Shown here one piece after another: positions 28,858-38,329 of a stretch of DNA of 40,955 nucleotides. The notes beneath the pieces are model-generated. The model was not told where the DNA came from, searched no databases, and was given only the letters and a program-made list of their open reading frames with translations. Within the stretch, counting starts at the first letter, position 1. Every line of letters begins with the position of its first letter. The position numbers and the translations under genes were made by a program. The stretch is taken from assembly GCA_043816005.1 (NCBI GenBank), contig JBDRIM010000052.1:1-40955 (forward strand). Reading direction: 5' to 3'. The stretch is from Candidatus Micrarchaeota archaeon. GTDB lineage: Archaea > Micrarchaeota > Micrarchaeia > Anstonellales > Bilamarchaeaceae.

Positions 28858-29577
28858 TTATGATTTATTCTTAGCATTCTGTTTGTTTAGTGATTGTATG
28901 AATATTTCCCCATAAAGTTTATCTTGTCTAATATCAACATGACCAAATTGAACAAGATGAAGGAGACACACAAGGGAATAAATCGTCTGACGTGGATCTG
29001 CCCCGTTAGTAATTCTTGAGAATAATGACCACCCTTCACCATCGGTATTAGAATGAATATCAGTAAGAAGAAGGTCCATATCTCTTTCAATATCATGCTC
29101 ACTGAGTTCCATATCAATAGTTTCGACTATTGCACCACGTGGAATGTGAACTCTTTCCACATTATCATATTTGAGTATTTTTTCCATTTCGCCAATAAGC
29201 TCATCTAAGGTTATCTGACGCTTTGGAGGAATCCTGGATGCAAATGCAAGAGCAGGAATTTCACTTATTGCAATATGGTCTGTTTCTTCAGGAACAAATT
29301 CTGTGATTTCAGTCTGGTAATTAAAAATTTTCAAGTAGTTGCTTTTGTATTTTAGGAGAATGGATGCTGCTAGTATGACATTTGCTTGAAGAACAAAATC
29401 CATTCGTTCCATATCACGAACTTTTTTGATGAATGCATCCGAAAGAGCAAGAAGATCGATATTCCAAGGATCAATGCTGTTAGAGGATATTGAATCAAGA
29501 AGAATGTCTTTCCAGGTTGGTTTTGAGACCATTGACTCGAAGTACTGAGTAGAGTGAATCTGCAACTGGTTCGCCAT
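28858..29577 (-). CDS. scpA: Segregation and condensation protein A (SMC kleisin)
   Basis: IDPWNIDLLAL, ASILLKYKS, ITLDELI and C-terminal LLHLVQFGHVDIRQDKLYGEI motifs. Confidence 0.88.
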   Translation of the reverse strand: MANQLQIHSTQYFESMVSKPTWKDILLDSISSNSIDPWNIDLLALSDAFIKKVRDMERMDFVLQANVILAASILLKYKSNYLKIFNYQTEITEFVPEETDHIAISEIPALAFASRIPPKRQITLDELIGEMEKILKYDNVERVHIPRGAIVETIDMELSEHDIERDMDLLLTDIHSNTDGEGWSLFSRITNGADPRQTIYSLVCLLHLVQFGHVDIRQDKLYGEIFIQSLNKQNAKNKS

Positions 29578-29637
29578 AATTCTTATATACCTATTTCCTT
29601 TATATAGATTATACTATAGTATGGGGCGTGTTGAATT

Positions 29638-30723
29638 ATGGAAATAAAACAGACATTAATTTTGGAAACTTCGGATTCTCTGTCGAAAGCACTATCACAA
29701 TTGGATGAAAGTCCTGCTGTTATTGTGACTAAGAAGGGTAGGTATTATGGGATAATAGACCATCACAGCCTCAGAAGAAGTATGAAAGAGCCGCATAACA
29801 CCAAATGTGAAACCATGGTAGTAAGGCCACCAGTACTTTTTGAAACCGCACACATATTTGATCGTATGGATGCGTTTCTTACAGGTCATTTCAAAGCATT
29901 GCCAGTCATTAACAAAGAACACAAGCCAATCGGTATCACAACCAGAGTGGAACTATTGAAAGAAATGATAAAGTATAGGATGATACCAGCACTCTCGGTA
30001 TCAGAGATGATGAGCAGTCCTGTTTATACCATTGATAATGGTGAGACAGTAGGAATTGCAAAACGAGCTATAAAGGACAAGAAAGCAAGAAGGCTAGTAG
30101 TAACAAACAAAGGGAATCTTTTAGGTGTTGTTTCAACATATGATCTTAGTGTTTGGGCAAGTATGCCAAATGCATATTCCTCGGGAAGAAGAGACATAAA
30201 GACAACTCAAACAAACATTGATGTAATTAAGATATCAGAATTTTTTAGACCTGATGTTGCTCTTGTTCAGGAAGGATCCACTGTTGAAAGAACCGTAAAA
30301 AAAATGATAGAGAAACAAGTGTCAACAGTTATTGTAGTTGCAGAAGGAAAACCAGTTGGGATAATATCGGCATTAGACATATTCAAAAAAGTCCATGATA
30401 TGACAAATGAAGATATTATAATAAACGTAAGTGGACTTAGCGAGAATGAAATGCACCAATATGATTATATAATTAATAAAGTAGGACATGTTCTTGAAAA
30501 ATTCAGGAAGGTATTCAATATCAGGAATTGTAACGTTCATATCAAAAAAGGAAAATCTGCTTTTAATATGAACTTGAATTTTGACACTGACAGTGGCCAC
30601 CTTTCAATAAAAGGGGAGGCGGAGTTCCTAAGAGATTGTATAGATGAAGTCGCAGGAGAAGTAGCAACCGTACTTAGGAAAAAAAGAGAAAAAACGAAGA
30701 ACATAACCAAGGAGGGAAAGTAA
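29638..30723 (+). CDS. Four-CBS-domain protein with C-terminal HPF/RaiA-like domain (HibA-like hibernation factor candidate)
   Basis: Four CBS motifs (GIID, GITT, GVVS, GIIS). The last ~100 aa have an HPF-like beta-alpha-beta-beta-beta-alpha pattern (INVSGL...YIINKV...CIDEVAGEVATVLRKKREK). Confidence 0.75.
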   Translation: MEIKQTLILETSDSLSKALSQLDESPAVIVTKKGRYYGIIDHHSLRRSMKEPHNTKCETMVVRPPVLFETAHIFDRMDAFLTGHFKALPVINKEHKPIGITTRVELLKEMIKYRMIPALSVSEMMSSPVYTIDNGETVGIAKRAIKDKKARRLVVTNKGNLLGVVSTYDLSVWASMPNAYSSGRRDIKTTQTNIDVIKISEFFRPDVALVQEGSTVERTVKKMIEKQVSTVIVVAEGKPVGIISALDIFKKVHDMTNEDIIINVSGLSENEMHQYDYIINKVGHVLEKFRKVFNIRNCNVHIKKGKSAFNMNLNFDTDSGHLSIKGEAEFLRDCIDEVAGEVATVLRKKREKTKNITKEGK

Positions 30724-31179
30724 ATGAAAGGACAGGTTAGTACAGAACTTTTAGTTATAGTTGGATTTGTACTTTTGATATTCATACCATTACTGGTATT
30801 GGTTTACATAAAGGCAAATGACTCAAACCAACAAATCGCATCATACCAAGCAGAGTTGGTAGTTTCACGCCTTGGTTCTTTGGCAAATTCAGTTGGTAGT
30901 CTTGGCACAAACACAGAAGTAATTACTGATGTTTACGTACCACCAAACACAATTTCGCTTACAACTAATGCAGCTGGGAGAGGAAGTGAAATTACACTGA
31001 AGATGGAGACTAGTCAAGGAGAAACAGAAGTAGTTGAAATCGTCAAATATCCAGTAGATGCTCCAACTGACCCATATGAGATAGTTGGTAAAACACCTTC
31101 CGGTGGTTGGGTCAAGATAAGAATAACTTCAACCTACACAGCTGGTGAAGCTCACATAAAAATCGAAAGAGTCACTTAA
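30724..31179 (+). CDS. Class III signal peptide (archaeal pilin-like) protein
   Basis: MKG/QVSTE cleavage motif followed by a hydrophobic helix. Confidence 0.8.
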   Translation: MKGQVSTELLVIVGFVLLIFIPLLVLVYIKANDSNQQIASYQAELVVSRLGSLANSVGSLGTNTEVITDVYVPPNTISLTTNAAGRGSEITLKMETSQGETEVVEIVKYPVDAPTDPYEIVGKTPSGGWVKIRITSTYTAGEAHIKIERVT

Positions 31180-31919
31180 TTTTTCACTTTTTTAGCTAAA
31201 TTCCAAAGAATGTTAAACTGTTTTCTGTTTACATCAGCCACTTCTCTACTTTTGATCATAACTGCATAAATTGGACTACCCCAAACAAAGAAAACAACTT
31301 TATCTCCATAAATATAGGTCGGATTTGGATTGAAAAACTCCATTGGCAAAAGACGATATTCTGATTGTTCCCCAGGAAATAAATCAGTTGCACCCTCAAA
31401 AGAAAGAAGTTTTTCTTTCAGACCAAATTTCCGTAGGTCTGAGATGTATTTTTCTATTATTGCTTTACCATACTCTTTGAATTTTGACTCGTCAACACCA
31501 AGAATAAGAACAGGTTCTTTTGTTTTTTTCATATAGGTAAGGAGATCGCGGTGAATTGTTCGTAATACATTCTTGCCTTTATAAACTTCCACAAAAGTTT
31601 CGTCTTTTGGAATTGTTATGATTTTCTTAAGTTCAGGAACAAGAGAATCTAACTTGGTTTTCATATCATCTGCATATACTAGAAGTTGCTCAGGTGGAAG
31701 TGCTTGGAAATGTTTCTTACTATCCTGAATAACAAAACTCACAAATCCTTTTTCTAAAAGTCTATCAAGTGCATCATAGCACACTTGCCTATGAAAGCCA
31801 GTACGCTCGGCTAGGGTGTTTACAGTTACTGAACCGCTCATAAGAAGCTTGAGATAAACTTCAACCTCATTATTAGTAAGACCAAGCTCCCTCAGAAGAT
31901 CCTTGTCTATAGCTGCCAT
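31176..31919 (-). CDS. TrmB-family HTH transcriptional regulator
   Basis: LRELGLTNNEVEVYLKLL...CYDALDRLLEKGFV HTH and C-terminal IYGDKV. Start reassigned to ATG 31919. Confidence 0.88.
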   Translation of the reverse strand: MAAIDKDLLRELGLTNNEVEVYLKLLMSGSVTVNTLAERTGFHRQVCYDALDRLLEKGFVSFVIQDSKKHFQALPPEQLLVYADDMKTKLDSLVPELKKIITIPKDETFVEVYKGKNVLRTIHRDLLTYMKKTKEPVLILGVDESKFKEYGKAIIEKYISDLRKFGLKEKLLSFEGATDLFPGEQSEYRLLPMEFFNPNPTYIYGDKVVFFVWGSPIYAVMIKSREVADVNRKQFNILWNLAKKVKN

Positions 31920-31953
31920 TATATAAGAATGATAATAAAAGGATAAAAGACTT

Positions 31954-31971
31954 TCGTAAAAAAAATTACGA
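31954..31971. promoter_or_regulatory. Palindromic operator candidate TCGTAA-N6-TTACGA
   Basis: Perfect 6-bp inverted repeat between the divergent TrmB-like and radical SAM genes, just upstream of TTAAATA (31979-31985). Confidence 0.55.
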
Positions 31972-32007
31972 CACTTGGTTAAATAGACGCAACCGCACAA
32001 TAACATT

Positions 32008-32937
32008 ATGAACCACAGTGCTAATGAACGCATTGGAAACACAAATTCTAATGCCCCTGGGATAATCCACTTAGAAAAAAGTCCGGCACTAGTTAGAGGA
32101 TTATATGGTATTGAAAAACCAGGGAATAGAACACTGTTATTGATATATCCGAAAAGATCTTGTAGTTATGCGATTAAAAACAAACCTTGTACCTATTGTG
32201 GATTCTGGAAAAGAGAACCAAAAACCGAAGGACTTATGAAATTTGAGGATGCTGCAAAACAAATAAAAGATGGAGATAGAATAGAATATTTATTAGGAGG
32301 CTCAATGTTAGATCGGGCTCAAGTAAACATTTTGGGCCTTATGAGTTCATTTAGAGTACTTGCTTCCACAGGTGCTGAGTGTATTTTATTAGAGACAAGA
32401 CCAGAGTATATATCTGAAAAAGAAATTTCTTATTTTAAGAGACGATTAGGAGATAAAACACTTGAGATTGCAGTTGGATTAGAAACAACAAATGACCAAC
32501 TTAGAGCTAAACTCAACAAAGGGTATGACTTAAGAGATGTTGAAGAAGCCTTTAGAAAAATTGTGATGGCTGGAGCATATCCAGTGACTTACCTACTTAT
32601 TGGATTAGAAATGTCTGAAAAAGAAGCAATTGAAGATTTCAGAAGATCAGTTTCTGATTTAGATCAAATGCAAAGGAGAATAGGTGCTCCAATAAGAATT
32701 GCATTAGAAACATTTTACCCCGTAGAAAAATACCATAAGCAAGGAAAATATCTAACTCCTGAATTTGTTGCGAGAGTAGTTAAAGAAGCAAAATTAAGGC
32801 ATGATATTACTATATTTGTTGCAACTTCTTCTGAAGGATTATGTAGTCATCCACTACTAACAGCAAAACAAAACTTTGACAGCTTTAACCTTACCCAGGA
32901 CGTTAGCCATTTAGGTCGAGTGAGTAGTGGTGGCTAA
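32008..32937 (+). CDS. Radical SAM protein, RaSEA/TIGR01210-like
   Basis: CSYAIKNKPCTYC (CX8CX2C), GGSMLD, ETRPEYI, LEIAVGLET, LNKG and TYLL motifs. Confidence 0.8.
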   Translation: MNHSANERIGNTNSNAPGIIHLEKSPALVRGLYGIEKPGNRTLLLIYPKRSCSYAIKNKPCTYCGFWKREPKTEGLMKFEDAAKQIKDGDRIEYLLGGSMLDRAQVNILGLMSSFRVLASTGAECILLETRPEYISEKEISYFKRRLGDKTLEIAVGLETTNDQLRAKLNKGYDLRDVEEAFRKIVMAGAYPVTYLLIGLEMSEKEAIEDFRRSVSDLDQMQRRIGAPIRIALETFYPVEKYHKQGKYLTPEFVARVVKEAKLRHDITIFVATSSEGLCSHPLLTAKQNFDSFNLTQDVSHLGRVSSGG

Positions 32938-33787
32938 AATGAGAAGCACCCTTAGAAATACTAAGAGTGGGTCATTCCATGCTGCAGAGCATATAGAATT
33001 TGTCAGGAATATTGGGAGGAATAAAGCATTCAGAAGGGCTTTTGAAAAACTTGCACCAGATAGAATTGTTGTTGATGTTGGAACTGGATCTGGAATTATG
33101 GCTATTTATGCTGCACTTGCAGGTGCAAAACAAGTTATTGCAATTGAAAAAGATGAAAGAATGGCAAAAATAGCAAAGGCAAATTTTGATAGAAATGGAT
33201 TGGGTGACCGAATAAAACTCATCGTAGGGGATGCATTAGAGATGACAAGAAGGGACATACCACAAATAGATTTGTTAGTTGGTGAGTTGTTAAGCACCTG
33301 GTGTGTTGTTGAACCACAAGTACCAGTTTTCAGGCATTTGATTGGGATTAGTAGGGATAGAATAATAACGATACCTAGGAGGGTTATAAATTATGCAGAA
33401 GGAGTTCATGCATCATTTGGAGATAACGAGGGTCTAGTATACATACCAACAACTTATTTTGAATTTCAAGAATTAGATCCAAAAGCAGATAAATTTACCA
33501 CACGTGTAAAGGCTTCAGAGATAGTATTTTCCAGAGAACAAGAGCTAGATGTAACTATTCAGATTTCTCTGCGAGCATTGCAATCAGGGGCAATTAATGC
33601 ATTGAGGCTCGCTTCAATAACAGAAACATGCAATGGAATAACATTCAATCCAAAGGATGATACAATGCCAAATATGATTGTTCCATTATCTGAAGAAATT
33701 CCACTGGTTCCGGGTCAAATAATTAGCTTAACCATTGCTTACACTTACGGAGCAGGATGGGAAAATTTTGTAATTAGACCAGAATAA
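32927..33787 (+). CDS. PRMT-like SAM-dependent methyltransferase
   Basis: VVDVGTGSGIMAIYAALAGAKQVIAIE; double-E loop-like DLLVGELLSTWCVVE; C-terminal beta-rich domain. Confidence 0.8.
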   Translation: MVAKMRSTLRNTKSGSFHAAEHIEFVRNIGRNKAFRRAFEKLAPDRIVVDVGTGSGIMAIYAALAGAKQVIAIEKDERMAKIAKANFDRNGLGDRIKLIVGDALEMTRRDIPQIDLLVGELLSTWCVVEPQVPVFRHLIGISRDRIITIPRRVINYAEGVHASFGDNEGLVYIPTTYFEFQELDPKADKFTTRVKASEIVFSREQELDVTIQISLRALQSGAINALRLASITETCNGITFNPKDDTMPNMIVPLSEEIPLVPGQIISLTIAYTYGAGWENFVIRPE

Positions 33788-33788
33788 A

Positions 33789-34976
33789 TTAGATAAAATG
33801 ATATTCCTGATAGAGAATTTTTCCGCTCTTTATTACCGTATGAACTTTGCCTTTTAGTTCCATTCCTTCAAAAGGCGACCATTTGCATTTTGTTTCAAAC
33901 TCGTCTCCATCAACTTTCCAAATTTTGTTTGGATCGACGATAGTAATATCAGCAACAAATCCTTTTCTAATCTGACCTTTGTTTTTGATATTGAAAATAG
34001 ATGCAACATTCTGAGTCATCCTCTGAATAAGCCAAATTTTATCAATAAAACCAAGATCACAGCCTTTTAGCATGACTGCTAGACTTGTTTCAAGACCTGG
34101 GAAACCAGCGCAACCATTTTCTTTATCTACTCTCGTATGTGGGGCATGATCACTGGCAATACAATCCACTTTTTCCATAGCACTCCACAAATGAATTCTT
34201 TTCTTTTCACTTTTCAAAGGAGGATAAACTTTTCCAAGAACCCCCAACCTTTCACGATCAGTAGATGAAAGGAAAAGGTAATGTGGGGCAACTTCAATAG
34301 TACAGTTTTCATATCTTTCAGCTACGTGAATTTCTTCTTTTGTTGAAGCATGGGCAAGATGGATTTTGTGATTGTATTTTTTCGCAATATTGAGGGTATT
34401 TTCAACAGTCGTACATGTTTTTTTCACATTGGATTCTTCATCATGAGAATGATCAGATGCATGAATGACTATTGGTCTATCTGCAGGAAAATTTGCAATG
34501 TGCTTTTCAAGTGATGATAATTTGTTCAGAACAAGCATTCCTGTTGTTTCGCCCAAGTAGAGTTTCATTGACTGTGGATCTGCTTTTTTTACTTCATCGA
34601 AATTATCATCAGTCCCTCCGAAATGAAATAGAACATCACATATTGCCTTTTCTTTTGCAAGTCTTATTTTTTCATCTAGCCTTTTTTTTGTTGTAGTTGG
34701 GATTTTATTGTTTGGCATATCTATTACAGTAGTAAACCCACCTGCAATTGCAGCTCTACTTCCAGTTGTGAAATCTTCTTTGTACGTATCTCCTGGCTCA
34801 CGCAGATGAACATGTGGATCAATAAGACCAGGAAGAACAAGCATACCAGTTACATCTATTTTTTCAGTTCCTTTTAGATTAAAACCAACATCGACAATAA
34901 CTCCATTGTCAATGGCAATGTCCTGTTTAACAAAGCTATTGCCAAGAAATATATTACCATTTTTGATAATAATCAT
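33789..34976 (-). CDS. pyrC: Dihydroorotase
   Basis: PGLIDPHVHLREPG, GGFTTVIDMPN, IASDHAPH and TKCKWSPFEG motifs. Confidence 0.9.
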   Translation of the reverse strand: MIIIKNGNIFLGNSFVKQDIAIDNGVIVDVGFNLKGTEKIDVTGMLVLPGLIDPHVHLREPGDTYKEDFTTGSRAAIAGGFTTVIDMPNNKIPTTTKKRLDEKIRLAKEKAICDVLFHFGGTDDNFDEVKKADPQSMKLYLGETTGMLVLNKLSSLEKHIANFPADRPIVIHASDHSHDEESNVKKTCTTVENTLNIAKKYNHKIHLAHASTKEEIHVAERYENCTIEVAPHYLFLSSTDRERLGVLGKVYPPLKSEKKRIHLWSAMEKVDCIASDHAPHTRVDKENGCAGFPGLETSLAVMLKGCDLGFIDKIWLIQRMTQNVASIFNIKNKGQIRKGFVADITIVDPNKIWKVDGDEFETKCKWSPFEGMELKGKVHTVIKSGKILYQEYHFI

Positions 34977-35015
34977 GTTTTGATAATAAGAGAAAAAGAA
35001 TAATAAGCCAGATGA

Positions 35016-36752
35016 TCAAACAACTAATCTTCCTGGTTCGGTAACCACCACAACTAAACGTAGAACAATAAGCATAGTTTCTTTTCTAACACGAGCAACT
35101 ATCTTATTATGCCATTCATTTCTGCCATTTATTGTACCGAGCAAATCCCTGAATGCTTCTTTTTCACCAGGTCCCATTTTGCTGTCACTTACTTTTTTGT
35201 GTTCTTTACCATCGACAATTGTAACTTCTTCCTGTTTACCTATTTGCTTTTTTGCCTGTTCATACCATGGAGGCAAAGATGATCTTTTCTTTATGACTGC
35301 CTGAACAAAGTCACCTAAAGTAACTGACCTTTGTTGGATTTGTTTTCTTGCAATTTCTTCTGCTTGTTCTTTTACCATTCCGCCCTTGATGAGTTCTTCG
35401 GCCTTCTTTTCTATTCCTAAGAATGCCTGTCTCCATGGGATGGTAGCAGCATCGTCAACAATTGCTTTCAGGTCTGCTGAAGCATATCCTAATACTGCAG
35501 CACCGAGAAGAGAGAATGGAATAAAGGAAGCAAGAGGTCTTTTTTTAGCATGCATTTTTAGAATAGAAACACAAGAAGTATAATCTGGTTCTGGAAGGTA
35601 AATTGTTTTGCTGAAACGACCAGATCTTCTCAGAGCAGGATCAACATCCCAGGGTGCGTTTGTTGCTGCAATTATAAGCACATTTTGATTGGTTGCCTCG
35701 ACACCATCCATCTCATAAAGCATCTGATTAACAGCCATTTTCATATATTGTTGGCCTTCCTGCTGATCTCTTCTACCACCTATTGCTTCAACTTCATCGA
35801 AAAAAAGGATACATGGTGGGTTTTTTCTTGCAAGTTCAAAAACTTTGTGGATATTTTTTTCTGTATTACCAACATACATGTCAAGCAAATCTGAAAGCTT
35901 TGCATTGATAAACCCAGAGTGACATTCCCCAGCTGCAGCTTTCACTATGAATGTTTTTCCACAACCTGGCGGACCATACATCAAAATACCTCCGCCTCCG
36001 AGTTTGCCGTATTTTCTTGCTAAATCTGGATTCCTCATCGGATAAACAACTGCTTCACGAATTTCCTCCTTCATTTTTGCCATACCAGCAACATCAGTAA
36101 AGGACATATTTGGTTTTGTAAGCATTTTTATGTCTGCAGTTCCCCCCTCTCCGCCTTTTCCTTCCTGATCTTTCTTAGATCTTGCACTATCCAGATGTGT
36201 TTTTGCCTCTGTTAATTCAGGATTTAGTTCAAGTGCTTTTTCATAATCAGCAATTGCACTTGACATCGAACCTGCATACTCATATGCAAGACCTCTAAGA
36301 TGATATGCTTCTGCAAAATCAGCTTTGAGTGAAATGACTTTTGTAAAGTCTTCAACTGCCTTTTCATATTCTTCTATGGAAGCGTAAGAAAGACCTCTGT
36401 TGTAAAATGCCTTAAGATAGTTTGGATTTAGTGTTATTGCTTTGTCATAATCTTTTATTGCACTTTGAAAATCTTGCTTTCTGTAGAATGCATCACCACG
36501 ATTATTGTAAATAATTGGATTCTGGGGATCTAACTCCATTGATTTTGTATAATCCGCAGTCGATTTGTCAAAATTTTTAAGTTGATAATAAGAAAGAGCA
36601 CGATTGAAGTATGCTTCTGAAAAAACAGGGTTGAGAAGAATCGCCATATTATAATTTTCTATGGCTTTGTCATAGTCTCCTTTTTCATAGTAATCATTAC
36701 CCATTTGATAATAGGTTTTTGCGTCTGTTGGATTTGGTTTTCTTTCTACCAT
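35016..36752 (-). CDS. TPR-repeat protein fused to a single AAA+ ATPase domain
   Basis: Five canonical TPRs (AYFNRA, IYNNRG, AFYNRG, AYHLRG...), then GPPGCGKT, FFDEVE and ATNAPWDVDPALRRSGRF. Confidence 0.9.
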   Translation of the reverse strand: MVERKPNPTDAKTYYQMGNDYYEKGDYDKAIENYNMAILLNPVFSEAYFNRALSYYQLKNFDKSTADYTKSMELDPQNPIIYNNRGDAFYRKQDFQSAIKDYDKAITLNPNYLKAFYNRGLSYASIEEYEKAVEDFTKVISLKADFAEAYHLRGLAYEYAGSMSSAIADYEKALELNPELTEAKTHLDSARSKKDQEGKGGEGGTADIKMLTKPNMSFTDVAGMAKMKEEIREAVVYPMRNPDLARKYGKLGGGGILMYGPPGCGKTFIVKAAAGECHSGFINAKLSDLLDMYVGNTEKNIHKVFELARKNPPCILFFDEVEAIGGRRDQQEGQQYMKMAVNQMLYEMDGVEATNQNVLIIAATNAPWDVDPALRRSGRFSKTIYLPEPDYTSCVSILKMHAKKRPLASFIPFSLLGAAVLGYASADLKAIVDDAATIPWRQAFLGIEKKAEELIKGGMVKEQAEEIARKQIQQRSVTLGDFVQAVIKKRSSLPPWYEQAKKQIGKQEEVTIVDGKEHKKVSDSKMGPGEKEAFRDLLGTINGRNEWHNKIVARVRKETMLIVLRLVVVVTEPGRLVV

Positions 36753-36811
36753 AGTTTCACGTATGTGTGCGCTTTAGTTTATGTTGAATGGCTATATTTT
36801 TAAGCTTTCAT

Positions 36812-38035
36812 TTAGCCAGAGAGACCAAGTCTTTCTTCAATCCTCAATAATTGATTGTATTTTGAGGTTCTTTCTCCTCTTGCTGGTGCTCCTGTTTTTA
36901 TCTGCCCTGCATTTATACCAACACAGAAATCTGCAATAAAACAGTCTTCAGTTTCACCTGAACGGTGACTTACAACTACGTTAAGGCTGTGTTGTTTGCA
37001 TAAAGCTACTGCATTCATTGCTTCTGTAACGGTCCCAACTTGATTTAATTTCAACAGAAGGGAATTTATTGAGCGATGTGATAATGCTTCCTTCAAACGT
37101 GCAACATTACTGACAGTAAGATCATCACCGACTATTTGTATATTATGAGCATCTTTGCGCAATGCAGCAAATGCTTCGAAACTTTCCTCATCAAACGGAT
37201 CTTCAATGCTTTTTATAGGATATGTTTTTAGGAGATCCAAATAGTAATCAACTAATTCTGGTTCTCTCAATTCTTTTGAATCCAAAAGATATGTCCCCCT
37301 CTTACTATCATAAAAAGAAGATGCTGCAGCGTCAATGGCAAGTGAACACACACCTTTGTAGCCTGCTTCTTCTATTGCAGCAACAATTTCATCAAGTGCT
37401 TGATAAGTATTACCAATCTGAGGAGCATAACCGCCCTCATCACCAACATTTCTTGCAGCAGGACCATATTTCTCAACAAGCCGCTTACCTAAAATATGAT
37501 ATATTTCACTTGCCATCTGGAGTCTTTCTGAAAAAATATCTGCTTCCGGAATTATCATGAATTCTTGGATTGCAAGGCCATTTCCCGCGTGCTTGCCACC
37601 ATTAATGATATCGAACATAGCAAATGGAAGGATAGTTCCGCCAAGATACTCATGAAGTGCCTTGTCCTCTGAAGCAGCCGCTGCCCTCAAAACAGCCATA
37701 GAAGTTGCAACAGTAGCATTTGCACCAAGTTTGCTTTTGAACGGTGTACCATCAAGTTCATTTAATTTCGCATCAATTTTTTCCTGGTCACTGACCTCCA
37801 TACCGATCAATGCAACTGCTATGTGATTATTCACATTATCAACTGCACTCAACACCCCCTTACCAAGATAACGGCTACCACCATCTCTGAGCTCGACTGC
37901 TTCGTGTGTGCCTGTTGATGCACCGCTTGGAGCTGCTGCACTTGCAAATGCATTTTCAGTTGCAACATCAACCTCAACTGTTGGGTTTCCCCGTGAATCC
38001 AGTATTTCCCGTGCCCATACTGATGTAATCTTCAT
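36812..38035 (-). CDS. eno: Enolase
   Basis: EILDSRGNPTVE, PSGASTG, VGDEGG, SHRSGETED and QIKTG motifs. Start reassigned to ATG 38035. Confidence 0.97.
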   Translation of the reverse strand: MKITSVWAREILDSRGNPTVEVDVATENAFASAAAPSGASTGTHEAVELRDGGSRYLGKGVLSAVDNVNNHIAVALIGMEVSDQEKIDAKLNELDGTPFKSKLGANATVATSMAVLRAAAASEDKALHEYLGGTILPFAMFDIINGGKHAGNGLAIQEFMIIPEADIFSERLQMASEIYHILGKRLVEKYGPAARNVGDEGGYAPQIGNTYQALDEIVAAIEEAGYKGVCSLAIDAAASSFYDSKRGTYLLDSKELREPELVDYYLDLLKTYPIKSIEDPFDEESFEAFAALRKDAHNIQIVGDDLTVSNVARLKEALSHRSINSLLLKLNQVGTVTEAMNAVALCKQHSLNVVVSHRSGETEDCFIADFCVGINAGQIKTGAPARGERTSKYNQLLRIEERLGLSG

Positions 38036-38098
38036 GATGTAATTAATTGGCCAAGCCTTATTTATCTTACGCATCACAAGAAGGATGACGGTGAGAAA

Positions 38099-38287
38099 AT
38101 AGAACTAATAGTAGATAATAAGAAAAAGAAAATAATTTTCGATGGAACGCTGATCGAGTTGCTTAAAAAACTCGGAGTTATGCGTGAAGAAGTAGTTGTA
38201 AAAGTAAATGGAAAACTTGTCCCAGAAACAACACGACTGAAAAAAACCGATAAAGTTGAAGTAATAAAGGTAGTTTTTGGTGGCTAA
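38099..38287 (+). CDS. ThiS/MoaD-family ubiquitin-like sulfur carrier (SAMP2/TtuB-like), apparent ATA start; absent from the ORF track
   Basis: (M)ELIVDNKKKKIIFDGTLIELLKKLGVMREEVVVKVNGKLVPETTRLKKTDKVEVIKVVFGG*, with C-terminal GG and VNG motif, directly upstream of a TtuA/NcsA gene. Confidence 0.88.
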   Translation: MELIVDNKKKKIIFDGTLIELLKKLGVMREEVVVKVNGKLVPETTRLKKTDKVEVIKVVFGG

Positions 38288-38300
38288 ATTTTTGTTGATG

Positions 38301-38315
38301 ATCCGCTTCGCGGAT
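38301..38315 (+). other. GC-rich intergenic hairpin ATCCGC-TTC-GCGGAT
   Basis: Perfect 6-bp inverted repeat between the sulfur carrier and thiolase genes. Confidence 0.5.
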
Positions 38316-38329
38316 GGAAAGAACAGACT

